From contig CP000071.1 in assembly GCA_000002445.1 (NCBI GenBank), positions 672,001 through 736,000 on the forward strand: DNA of 64,000 bases. Reading direction: 5' to 3'. Below, in pieces: positions 1 to 10,700 of this stretch (the stretch's first letter is position 1; each line of letters starts with the position of its first letter). The position numbers were made by a program, and so were the translations under genes. The notes below the pieces were generated by a model. That model was not told the origin of the DNA. It saw only the letters and a program-made list of their open reading frames with translations, and made no database searches. This DNA is from Trypanosoma brucei. Lineage: Eukaryota.

Positions 1-1
1 A

Positions 2-586
2 GCATCGTATGGACTGCGCGAGTTGCGTCAGCTGTTCTCAATGATCCCACAAGATCCGGTGCTGTTCGATGGGACGGTGGCATCCAACCTCGATCCCTTC
101 AGCCAGGCTACACCAGAAGAGGTGTGGCGCGCACTGGAGTTGGTGGGAATGCGTGGACACGTGGCTGCGGAGAGTGGTGGTATTGAAGCTCGTGTGCAGG
201 AGGGAGGTTTGAACTACAGCGTTGGCCAACGTCAGCTTCTTTGCCTTGCCCGTGCCCTACTGAAGCGTGACAGTGCCTTCATTCTCATGGACGAGGCAAC
301 CGCTAATATTGATCACGCACTTGACAAGCAGATCCAGAACACCGTGAGGACTGCCTTCGCTAACCATACTGTTATAACAATTGCCCACAGACTTCACACT
401 GTGGCGCAGTATGATAAGATCATTGTCATGGATAATGGCGTGGTTGCCGAGTGTGGTGCCCCCCGTGACCTTGCCTTGAGCACCTCTTCGAAGTTCAGGG
501 AGCTGCTCAACTCTCTAGGGACTAATGAAGTGAAAAATTTCATGGCAGTTGTGGAAGGGGCCGCTGCTTCACGTAGCAGCGGGTAG
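2..586 (+). CDS. MRPA: ABCC/MRP-family ABC transporter, C-terminal NBD2 fragment; the 5' end lies outside the window. Probably MRPA (PgpA-like).
   Basis: The frame is open from position 2. The translation shows NBD2 hallmarks: LRQLFSMIPQDPVLFDGTVASNLDP, the ABC signature GLNYSVGQRQLLCLARALL, Walker B ILMDEATANID and the H-loop TVITIAHRLHTV. It lies about 5 kb upstream of PTR1, as in the Leishmania H-region and trypanosome MRPA–PTR1 synteny. The symbol rests on synteny plus family, not on direct identity. Confidence 0.8.
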   Translation, partial: ASYGLRELRQLFSMIPQDPVLFDGTVASNLDPFSQATPEEVWRALELVGMRGHVAAESGGIEARVQEGGLNYSVGQRQLLCLARALLKRDSAFILMDEATANIDHALDKQIQNTVRTAFANHTVITIAHRLHTVAQYDKIIVMDNGVVAECGAPRDLALSTSSKFRELLNSLGTNEVKNFMAVVEGAAASRSSG

Positions 587-1440
587 CACATGATTAACTT
601 CTCCTTTCTTATACTCCTTTTGGACGTAAAGGTGGGGCATGTGCATCTAATTTCCACCCGAATGTTCTCTCTACACCTGTCTGTGTATGCGTGTGCTTTG
701 AACTCCTGATTCAAATGAGTGTGGAACCAAGGAGTCCCATCCAACTCTTTGCTGGTCAGTGTGTCCGGCGTTTCGTCCTCCACAGATATTTCTTACTCCT
801 TCTTGCTCATTGCTTATATTTAGGTTCATATTTCCTGTGTTGGGTGGCATTACGTGTTTGCCTGTACTGTACCAGGGTGTGCAGAGACGAATGGGGCTTC
901 TGTTGATAGCGCTCTCGGTGCGGAGATGAGTCCGCACCTGTTATATTTCCTCTTATATTATGTGTAGCACGTAGAACAGACGAATGATTCAACGTATTGT
1001 TATAATGGTTTCCATGACTTGTTGTATTCCTGATTATTATTATTATTATTATTTTTAGATTAACCTTGACGTGTGCATGCGCCTCTGTCGTTCTCCCGGG
1101 CCTGCAGTGCATTAGCTTCTGCACCCTCCGTTTTTTTCTTTTTAGCGCACAGATCTTCCAATGTCACGCCGTTTCCGCCTATTTTTTTTTTTTAACTGCC
1201 GCCGCCACTACTGTTATATATATATATATATTTCTCGTGGCCGCAGGTCATGTGTGTGAACGTAACGATGTTAAAATTTTTTTCTGCTACAGGAAACTTA
1301 GCGAGACATTTAAAAATATATATGTATATATTTTGACACACACGGCAAGAAAGTCGGTTGTCGCGTAAAGCGTTGGTCACCACTAGCGGACGGATGAAAA
1401 GGACGGAAGCAGGCTTTACAAACTGCCGCTCCAGCTGACT

Positions 1441-1560
1441 TTTATGTTTTTCATTTCCCCTTTCCTTCCCCCTTGTCCCTTCTTCAGCTTTCTATTGTTT
1501 CAATGAACTCTTTTTTTTTTCTTTTTTTTTCAGTTTTCCTCCCCTGACTCTCCTTCTCTT
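1441..1560 (+). promoter_or_regulatory. Long polypyrimidine tract in the spacer downstream of MRPA, a candidate polyadenylation or trans-splicing coupling signal.
   Basis: About 120 nt of more than 85% C+T, including tctttttttttttcttttttttcagttttcctcccctgactctccttctcttcttccc. Confidence 0.35.
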
Positions 1561-2369
1561 CTTCCCATTCGCAACATATCAGTGTGGTTTTAACAACCGC
1601 GAAGATGAGGCGATGTGCTTGTAAGATGACGGCGTCATGGTTACTTATCTACAGGCACGGTGCACGGCGTCCATTCGGCAATGCCCCCAACCGCGTTCGT
1701 CCCGTTGAAACCCCGTGTGATTTCTCCAGTTGGCAAAGTAGTCGCGAGGTGAGTGGTTTTTTGGTCATCGTGGCGGTTTTTGCAGTACCTGTGTGGTTCA
1801 TTGTTCTTTCTGGAACACAGGAGGAACGTAAAAGAGAAGTTGTGCTTGAGTGGGCGCGGAAGCAGGCGGAGCGACATGGACACGAGAGCAATAATAGTGG
1901 TGCTGAAGAAAAGGTGTGAGGAGGAGCAACTGCTAGCTTGTATTCTTATGCGTGTTGTTGTGACTTCGCGCGAATGGAAACACTCTGGCTGTTTTCCTTT
2001 TCTGATGTTGGAGTGGCTCGTATTCGCAGTGTTGTGGGAGCCATAACGACCCCCCCCCCCCCATGCCTCGGGGAGTTGCCTCTCCCCTCATATTCCTTCG
2101 TTGTCCCTCTGCACTGTTTTTACGCATCGTGGTTTTTGGCTGTTGTCAATTATAACTGATCCTAATTTCTTCCCGCTTCTCACTCCTTTACCGTTTTCAA
2201 TCCACTCTTTGCATACAGTTGGAGACAGGGCGGTGGCGTTTAACCTTGCACTTCACCTTCTTATTTAGGTGGGTTCTTCCAGCCGTCACCACCCGTGGGC
2301 TGAAGGCCACAGAGGCTGCATCTCGACGCAGGAAGAAACGCAACGATTAACGCTAGTTGGAAGCACCGA

Positions 2370-2867
2370 GTGATGCGACGCCGTGGGTCCACACTTTTCT
2401 GTGAGGGTGCAGTTTTAACGTGGAGGCGCTCTTTTGCTCGGGGCCGGCCGTACACACCACTCGGTACTGTACAGGACTTCACATCTTCTCCACACCACGC
2501 ACAACTCGCGGAGAAGCAGCGCGAGTTGGACCGGATGTGTGGCCGGCCGCCCTCACATCTTTACGAAGGGCCCACCATCACAACCCCTCACGGGGCCCGG
2601 CCACTCTTCGAGCGAGACATGCGCGACGACCCGCGAAATGACGAGCTGCCGGAGCATTACGTGGCGGCGCAGCAGCGGATGGCGGTGTTACAAAGTGACA
2701 GCTATGGAGAATCAATACGTGGAGTGGTGGCACCGCCGCCTCCTCTGGGGGAGTTTGATGCGGTAAGGGCATATCAAACGCCGCGGGTGGAACTTGGGAC
2801 GGTTTGGTGGACTGCCATGGCGACGATTGTATTGATATTTTTGCTGATGGTGAGATATGGACATTAA
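2370..2867 (+). CDS. Hypothetical protein, 165 aa, with a C-terminal hydrophobic (tail-anchor-like) segment.
   Basis: A + strand ORF in the same orientation as all confident genes. It ends in a predicted TM helix, WWTAMATIVLIFLLMV. No recognisable domain. Confidence 0.3.
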   Translation: MMRRRGSTLFCEGAVLTWRRSFARGRPYTPLGTVQDFTSSPHHAQLAEKQRELDRMCGRPPSHLYEGPTITTPHGARPLFERDMRDDPRNDELPEHYVAAQQRMAVLQSDSYGESIRGVVAPPPPLGEFDAVRAYQTPRVELGTVWWTAMATIVLIFLLMVRYGH

Positions 2868-3665
2868 GCGGGGGTGTCTGCGGAATAAAGCGCATGAAGG
2901 TGTTTGGCTGCCCTACTATGTACACACATTTGTGGATATGTGCTGTACCGTATTATCTTTCTTTGCGTTATGCTGTAACTTGCTACTGTTAAACGGGGCC
3001 CCACTGTTGCTATTGTGCAAGCGCCTGCTAACGCGTTTCGCCTTTTGACCATCGGTTGTCTTAATCTGCATTCTGCGGTTTGTTTCTCCCCCTGTGAGGT
3101 GTAGCAAACATTGACGCCGCAACTGTGGTCTTTGGCGTGTTACGCAAAGAAAAATGACTCGAATACCTGGGGTCATCACATCATTGTCGCAAGGCAAATG
3201 TTTATCGTTCGCATCTGCCGTTCATTACTCTACCACAACTACTCCCGTGCTCCAGAGTAAATTGACTCTAAGCCAGAAGCGGCTCCGCCCGAAACGGAAG
3301 CCAAAACTTGGGCCCTCCGTGCCACTCTGCATTCTGATCCTACTAGGCGCATCATACATGACGTACACCACGCGAAAGTCGTCCAACGACGACAGGATGT
3401 TTCGGTGAGACGCAACAGTGAGTGGATAGTCCGTTTCGTTAATTCGGTTGACACGGGTGGTTTAAAGGAATGGAGGGTAAAAGCTGTAGGATGGTCGTAA
3501 GCAGGCTGTAGCATGATGAGGGCTCATATATATATATATATATATGTTGTATGCATATTGTATATATTCGTCGAATATTGGTGCCCCATTGCCCCATCCG
3601 CCTTTTTTCTCTCCTCTTGCATTTTGTGTTTGGGTGAGATATTGCCCTGGTTTTAGTAGTAACCG

Positions 3666-4235
3666 ATGAGGCAATGCAGCAGAACAATAAACGGATTGGG
3701 GGTATCTTGTTTCAGCCCGTGTATGTGGAAGGAATGCACTTCACGTAGAGGCAAACACACGATTGCAAAAGGAAAGCAGGTGATTACAGAAGAAAGGGAA
3801 GTGAGGAGAGAACCAACAGCTTCCAAGGCTAATTTGCCTCTCCGGGAAGCGTCTTACATAACTCGCAGCGTGAAGCGGTTTCTCACCACATCGTCCAGAG
3901 ACCGGTGGAACCGACGAGATGTGATTTGTCCAAGACAATACGCACGGGAGTATCGAAATCGTTTCCAGAAGGTAAATGATGCCTTTCACAGTGCCGGAAA
4001 GAAGGGAAGAATGTACTCATTTGAAGCTATAACGCTTCAGTTCAGTGGTGTGGAGTGGTCCTACTTAATTCTCCCTGCAACCTTGGCACTGTTTGTCATT
4101 GTTTTTATCGGTATTGTTGAGAGAAGGCGGCGGGGAGGGGAACTGTTGGTGCTTCAGCAGCAGGTGGAAGCATGGGCTGCAGAGAGAAGCAGAAGCGACC
4201 CGTACCTAGAAACAGTTGGGAGTACAAGAGGATGA
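3666..4235 (+). CDS. Hypothetical protein, 189 aa, with one predicted TM helix.
   Basis: A + strand ORF containing a hydrophobic stretch, YLILPATLALFVIVFIGIV. No family recognised. The start codon is uncertain. Confidence 0.25.
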   Translation: MRQCSRTINGLGVSCFSPCMWKECTSRRGKHTIAKGKQVITEEREVRREPTASKANLPLREASYITRSVKRFLTTSSRDRWNRRDVICPRQYAREYRNRFQKVNDAFHSAGKKGRMYSFEAITLQFSGVEWSYLILPATLALFVIVFIGIVERRRRGGELLVLQQQVEAWAAERSRSDPYLETVGSTRG

Positions 4236-4673
4236 TACTCTCGTCTGCTTGTTTACTCACTCACTCACATCTTTAAAAACACTTTCCTTTTTTGTCTCTT
4301 CTTGGACTTTCAACCTTACCCATAACTTTCTGTTCGTAATATTTATCCTTTTTTTTTGCTCCCACGGTTTCAACAGTCATAAGCGGTGCGGAAGGGAGAA
4401 GTTTAAGAAGAATTAGATAGCAAAAAGGAAGGAGTGAAAGTTTGCATTAGCAAACAGGCAAACAAAATAGACGATTAGGTCCAATTTTTACGCGTAAAGC
4501 AGTACGGGAAAGAGGAAATTTGAAAAGGGAATAAGAGTTATCGACGGTAGTGGCAAAAGCACAGGCGGCGCGACGACACACGCTTACATATACATATTTA
4601 TTTATTTATTTGCAAACGGTGAAAAATCTAAAAGAGGGCAGGAGAGAAGAATAAAAAGAAGAGGAAGGGGATT

Positions 4674-5243
4674 ATGTCACAGCAGGTTGGAGAGGTTCCT
4701 TCACCGTATGCCCACTCCACGCTGGACGAACCCGTCCTTGAGACCATCAAGCGGGACTTCTTTGCTATTGGACGAAAGCTGCTTGCCGTTCTCATCCCTC
4801 CGTTGGGATCGAAGAGTGACTTGCGGGACTGGGAGCTCTGGGGACCCTTGTTGTTCTCCTTAACACTTGCCATTATATTGGCTTTATCCGCTGGGGAGCA
4901 TCAGGGGGGGCTCATATTCTCTGCTGTGTTTGTGCTCGTTTGGGTGGGTGCCGCGCTCGTAACACTCAACGCGAAATTTCTAGGCAGTCCCATCTCCTTT
5001 TTCCAAACGGTATGTGTGATGGGTTACTGCATGGCACCACTTTGTGTTGGTGCTATCATTGGTGTGTTGATTCCAAGCTTTTGGGTTTCATTGGTTGTTT
5101 CGTCCTTTGTGTGGGTTTGGTGCTGCTGGGCCGCGCTGTGCTCCTTCCGCGGTTGTGTCTCGCCTGATCGCGAAATGCTAGTTGTATACCCTGTTGGTCT
5201 CTTTTATCTTTTCATGACCTGGATGGTGATGGTTGGATCTTAG
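4674..5243 (+). CDS. Yip1-domain membrane protein, YIPF6-like.
   Basis: Near-collinear with metazoan YIPF6: DEPVLETIKRDF, SDLRDWELWGPLLFSLTLA, FSAVFVLVWVGAALVTLNAKFLG, ISFFQTVCVMGYC, LVVYPVGLFYL. It has five predicted TM segments. Confidence 0.8.
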   Translation: MSQQVGEVPSPYAHSTLDEPVLETIKRDFFAIGRKLLAVLIPPLGSKSDLRDWELWGPLLFSLTLAIILALSAGEHQGGLIFSAVFVLVWVGAALVTLNAKFLGSPISFFQTVCVMGYCMAPLCVGAIIGVLIPSFWVSLVVSSFVWVWCCWAALCSFRGCVSPDREMLVVYPVGLFYLFMTWMVMVGS

Positions 5244-5936
5244 CTGGTGATTGTGTGCGTGTGTCTGTGTCTCTGTGTAACGAAGGTGATTGAATCACGT
5301 AGGGGATCGAGACGAAAGAAGAAAACAAAGGGGATAGAAGCTGGGGAGAATGTGTAAGGATGGAGGGGGAGAGGGGGGAAATGGTACCAAAATAAAATGT
5401 TGCTATACGGAATGTGAGAAAAGGGATGTTCTCTTTTCCTTTGTCCTCTTTACTTCGCTATTGCTTGCGAACACCTCTACTTCGCTAAATGCCCTCATCT
5501 GGTCATTCATTTCGTTGACTTAACCTCAGTAACCATATATCATTTTTGTATTCGTGTGCTACCTCTCACCAAAGAGTTGTTGTTGGTGCGGTTTCTACTT
5601 TGCTTCCTTTTTGTGCTTTCGGTTTTTTTGAACATGTATTGCACTGAATATAAATTCCCTTGTTTCCGACACACACACACAATTAAACTCGTGCTGCTAC
5701 ACCTACGCGAGTGCAACGGTGTGCATCCACCCCAGTTTTACAGAAGAATGTATGAGTGGGTTGGTTCTGTTGTTATATTCTCACCTACTATTATTTTCGC
5801 TCCTATACACGACCCCTATTTGGAAGGTGGAGAGAAGTGGCGCATAAATAATATCGTTCAAGGAGCCAGTATCTCTGTGGCTGTAAAAAAGAAGAGAAAA
5901 AGTCCAACATACCCCTTATTCCGAGTCAAAGGCGTA

Positions 5937-6743
5937 ATGGAAGCTCCCGCTGCAGTTGTCACCGGGGCAGCGAAGCGCATCGGGCGGGCGATTGCCGTGA
6001 AGCTCCACCAAACAGGCTACCGTGTTGTGATTCACTACCACAATTCTGCTGAAGCTGCGGTGAGCCTCGCAGACGAGCTGAACAAGGAGCGCAGCAACAC
6101 AGCTGTGGTGTGTCAGGCTGACCTCACAAACAGTAATGTGTTGCCTGCGAGCTGCGAGGAAATTATAAACAGCTGTTTCCGTGCCTTCGGCCGCTGCGAC
6201 GTGCTGGTCAACAATGCCTCAGCATTCTATCCGACACCACTCGTTCAAGGGGACCATGAGGATAATTCAAATGGAAAAACAGTCGAAACGCAGGTGGCAG
6301 AGCTGATTGGCACAAACGCCATCGCACCGTTCCTACTAACAATGTCGTTCGCCCAAAGGCAAAAGGGTACAAACCCGAACTGTACGTCGTCGAATCTTTC
6401 CATTGTGAATCTCTGCGATGCCATGGTGGATCAGCCATGCATGGCCTTCTCCCTGTACAACATGGGTAAACACGCATTGGTTGGTCTGACGCAGTCGGCA
6501 GCGCTGGAGTTGGCCCCTTACGGCATTCGTGTTAACGGTGTGGCACCCGGCGTGTCCCTCCTTCCAGTTGCTATGGGAGAGGAGGAAAAGGATAAATGGC
6601 GGCGAAAGGTTCCTTTGGGACGACGTGAGGCATCAGCAGAACAAATCGCAGATGCTGTCATATTTTTGGTATCTGGAAGCGCGCAGTACATCACCGGTTC
6701 CATCATCAAAGTGGACGGTGGGTTAAGCCTTGTGCATGCCTAA
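5937..6743 (+). CDS. PTR1: Pteridine reductase 1, a short-chain dehydrogenase/reductase.
   Basis: A 268-aa product starting MEAPAAVVTGAAKRIGRAIAVKLHQTGYRVVIHYH, with Rossmann motif TGAAKRIG, an SDR fold, catalytic Y-x3-K (YNMGKHAL) and the PTR1-typical C-terminus. The six-frame ORF beginning at 5556 over-extends through a pyrimidine tract. I chose ATG 5937 because it gives the expected length and N-terminus. Confidence 0.9.
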   Translation: MEAPAAVVTGAAKRIGRAIAVKLHQTGYRVVIHYHNSAEAAVSLADELNKERSNTAVVCQADLTNSNVLPASCEEIINSCFRAFGRCDVLVNNASAFYPTPLVQGDHEDNSNGKTVETQVAELIGTNAIAPFLLTMSFAQRQKGTNPNCTSSNLSIVNLCDAMVDQPCMAFSLYNMGKHALVGLTQSAALELAPYGIRVNGVAPGVSLLPVAMGEEEKDKWRRKVPLGRREASAEQIADAVIFLVSGSAQYITGSIIKVDGGLSLVHA

Positions 6744-6808
6744 CAAAAAAGAATTTAAATGTCGTAAGGGAGAGTCATGTGTAAACGTTTATAGCTGACT
6801 CTTACATG

Positions 6809-6809
6809 C

Positions 6810-6856
<47 letters not shown>
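6809..6856. repeat. Compound microsatellite, (TA)9(TG)15, in the spacer 3' of PTR1.
   Basis: The sequence reads tatatatatatatatatatgtgtgtgtgtgtgtgtgtgtgtgtgtgt. Confidence 0.95.
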
Positions 6857-6857
<1 letters not shown>

Positions 6858-7739
6858 TCCCTCGTTCGCAGACGTGGAAGGCCCCGCAACCTACGTTGGA
6901 ATACTTGGTGCGTTTGTACGATGGGTGGCAACACAGTGTGCCATAATAATTATTATACTAACCATTATCATTGTTGTGCTGTTTCTTTTGTCGGCTATAC
7001 TCTTATCTCTTAGCGTAATGCCCATTGGGGTGGTTTGTGTTGGATGGGCAACCAGTGGCTGCGGGTAACTGTTTTGTTACATGTTCTGCTGCCACAGTCG
7101 GAACACCTTTTTTAAAATTTTCCTCACAGGCACAGTTACACAACGCAAAGTGGGGAGCGTGGTACATCCGAGGAAAATCATGATTGTGTATCTGCGGGTG
7201 CATGACATTGCATTTACCAGTGCTGTAGTGCAGATCGTAGTGCTCATTCTTCGCACTTGAGGCTGTGTGCTTTGTTTGAGCTACTCGCAGCGCGAACCGA
7301 AAGGAAAACAATGGTGTCTGCCCTTGCGTTCAGCAGAATGATATAAATAGCCCATAATGTGGTTTCTTTTTATTTTGATTTCTTCAACCTTATGTTCGTG
7401 TTAATACCTGTTTCTTCTTTGTACCCAACGAGTTTACCAGGAACCGTGGTGGTGAAATCAGGAGGTGGGCGTTGGAGGGTTCCGCTTATTTTCCTGCTCA
7501 TTCCCCTTGCAGTGGCCCTGTGCTCTGTTTATTAACCCGTATTGTCGCGACACCAGTTTGGAGGGTGTCTCGGTCCCGAGGAGCGCTCACGCATGCTTTC
7601 CACGGTGCGCGATCGTTGTTTTGATTTTATTTTTTCCCCCTTTTTTCTGTTCTCTTTCGCTACTCTTCGTACCCTCCCCTTCTTTTAAAGTAAACACACT
7701 ACTTGAGTGTAGCGTAAATTGTTAGTCTAGGGGAACGTT

Positions 7740-10700
7740 GTGGCTCACGCCATGGATACAACCAATGGCGGTGGGAACTGTAACGTTCGGGGCCTTGGGG
7801 GAAGTCTCATTCGGCTGTTGGAACTTTACCCTGTTAAGCAAGTAGCTGCCGATGAGGGAACCACGGAAACGGAGCAGGGTATGAGCAAAGAAGAAGTTAA
7901 CTCACCGTCACCGGTGAAATCGCAGAGGGAAGGGAACATGAAAAGGAATCGTGTGGTGAATTCCCATCCGCCCAAACAAGATGTACTAGATTGTGCCGAA
8001 GTGGGTCAGTACCTGATTGCGACGGGAAGTAAGGACAAGGTGTCGGCAATGCAAGCAAACGTTCTTGAGGTCAGATCGGCGCTCAGTGCTCCGTCTCCTG
8101 TGGCCATACCGAACGCGAATCAGTGTCCCTCGAACGTTCTCCTGACTCCTCTAGTACCTACCGGCGAGTATGTACCGTCCTATGACACGAAGGAGCAAAT
8201 AAAATATTCACTCGTCGGCGAGCCGGGCACTAGGTGCCAATCTCCTTTGCCTCTCTTCCGCGGGAGCCGTGTCGACGACCAGGTGCGGGAAGCAACGATG
8301 TTCTTCAGTAACCTCCTCGCAGCTCGGCAACACGAGTGTGCCGATCAGGAAATGGGGCCGCTTCATGGCGGCTCTGGTGCGCCGTATCAGCTGCCAGCGT
8401 TTTATGACATCTTGAGCCGAACCATCGGTACCTCCCGTAGTCGCGAGGCCGGCCAAGAATCGAGGGAAGCGGGTGGTTATCTTCCTCTAATTTCACCAGT
8501 TCATGCCGGTGCAACCTCCTCTGGGCGCCTGTTTAGAGGTGTGCGCCACAGTAGTGCTCGGTTGAGGTCAAATACGCCACTCGGCAATGACTTTTGTGTT
8601 GGTGGAGTATGCGGACTGATGGGTAGAAGACTGATAGGTGTGCCCGTGCATGACCGCAGGCTTAACGCGCATTTGATGTCATCGTGGGAAAAGGGCGTTA
8701 AGGCAAGGTTACCCGCGAGAAAGGCGTTCAAGGCCATAAAGTCCTCATGTTGGTGGCGGCTGGCGGGCTCACGTGAAGGATTGTTGCTGGCTGCGCGGCT
8801 CGTCAACCTCGATGCTGATGTTTACGAAAGTTTGCTGACACGCTGGGTGGATGGAATCCGCCACTCCTATACCCGGTTTGTGACCGTGAATGTTGATGCT
8901 TTTGTCTCAGAGGACATTGGCCAAAATTTAATTACTGGGCCAAGGGGGAGAAAGTTGGGACCTGTATTGCCCTTTAGTGGTTCTGAGGCGGTGATGAACT
9001 CGTTGTTCCCAGGTGACGTCGAATTGAGTGATATGTTGGGTGTGGCTCGACAACTAGGTTATTTGCAAATGGGAGGGGCCCTTTGCGAAGATGATGTGGC
9101 GCGAGTGTTGCAATGTGACACAAGAACTATCCAACGGGAGCTGCGTCGGCTCATGCTCCAGCGAAGTGGAGGGACCGTGCAGCCACTCGGTGTATTACCC
9201 ATATTTGAAGGGAAGGGATGCCGTTTATACGAACCTAATACCGCTATCAGACAGATTTCGAGGGCAATTCTGCGTGCGAGACGGAGGGCTGCAGCGGAGG
9301 AGGCCAAGAAGAAGGGCAGGAAAATTAGATTCAGCCTGCTTCCGGACGTTACGACGTGCTCTAGGGTTCTGCAGCGCCGTCTTCAAAAGATCGCCGCCAG
9401 CAGGCCAGGGGATGTTCAGGCTCTACTTGAGCAACTGGGGGTGCTTGCCGACGCCGTTAATAGCGGAGGATTAGAGAGTATAAAAAGCTGCCCCGAAGTG
9501 TTGAGTCGTCTCCAGGAAATTATTGCGGACATGCCCCCCGATGTGCAAGCTTCACTTCAGCAGCTGGGGTTCCTCACTGACGATAGCGGTAGGATTTCGG
9601 TGAGTTCTGACGGGCGGCCTCGTGTTTCCCGGGGCCGTTCCAGGAAGGCAGCAAACGTTGTGCCTAGCAACGTTCACAAATTTTTGAAGAAGCTGGACAA
9701 TATTTCTCGAACTATCACTGGTGGTGGCCCCCCGGAGTCGGATGGCTCCGCTGAACTTCTGCAGCGCGGTCTTCAAGAGATCGCCGCCAGCAGGCCAGGG
9801 GATGTTCAGGCTCTACTTGAGCAACTGGGGGTGCTTGCCGACGCCGTTAATAGCGGAGGATTAGAGAGTATAAAAAGCTGCCCCGAAGCGTTGAGTCGTC
9901 TCCAGGAGATTGCTGCCAGCATGCCTCCCGACGTACGAGCTTCACTTCAGCAGCTGGGGTTCCTTCCAGATGGTGACGGCGTAATTGGCGTTGAAAATTT
10001 GTGTGAAGTGGCGAAAAGACAGCAGGAACTAAGTTCTGGTGCTCCTCACCCGTCGGAGGGAATGCGGGGTGCGACAACTGAGGGGTTGAAGAGTCCAACA
10101 GAAGGCGCCTCGTTCAGTGTATCTGCACGCCGCAAAATTCGAAGGAGGACACCAAAAGTAGTGAAAATGGCAGCAGCAGACGAGAAGGGACCTATTGTAC
10201 ACAACGTGCCTCCATCTTCTGTGAAGGACCAAGGCGAAGGTCCCGCTGCCAGGGATAAATCGGCACTCTCCGCCTCCTCTCCGTTAGGTGACGAAGCAAC
10301 TGCCTGGCCCGGAAACCACGCGGCATTCGCCGTCGATGAGTCGGAGGCCGATGCAAAAGACCAGAGTTGGGAAGATACCGCATTTGGGACCAAAAAGGGG
10401 CTGTTGAAGAAGAGACGACGGTTGAGAAGTAAGACGTCCAGCGAGCTCGAGACCCTCACCGATGACGATGCAGAGAGGGCACTCTTTGCGGACAAGCATG
10501 CCAGTTTCGGCAAGCGGTCGTCCCCTGGAAGGTTTAGAGGGCGTACATCGCCCATGGGGGTTTTGGGAATTGAAAGTTTTCCAACTAGTGGAGATGCTGA
10601 TGATCCATTATCGGGCTTCGTTGCATCTCAGCTGAAGGAAAGCTATTCGGGGCCTCAGGAGGGTGAAGAAACAGACGATTACGAGTATACTCCGCGCGAG

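Noticed and set aside
1584-2159. Short overlapping + and - strand ORFs of 64 to 111 aa downstream of MRPA.
   Set aside because: They overlap each other in several frames, lie inside a pyrimidine-rich spacer with a poly-C run (2046-2058), and have no domain similarity. They are likely UTR.
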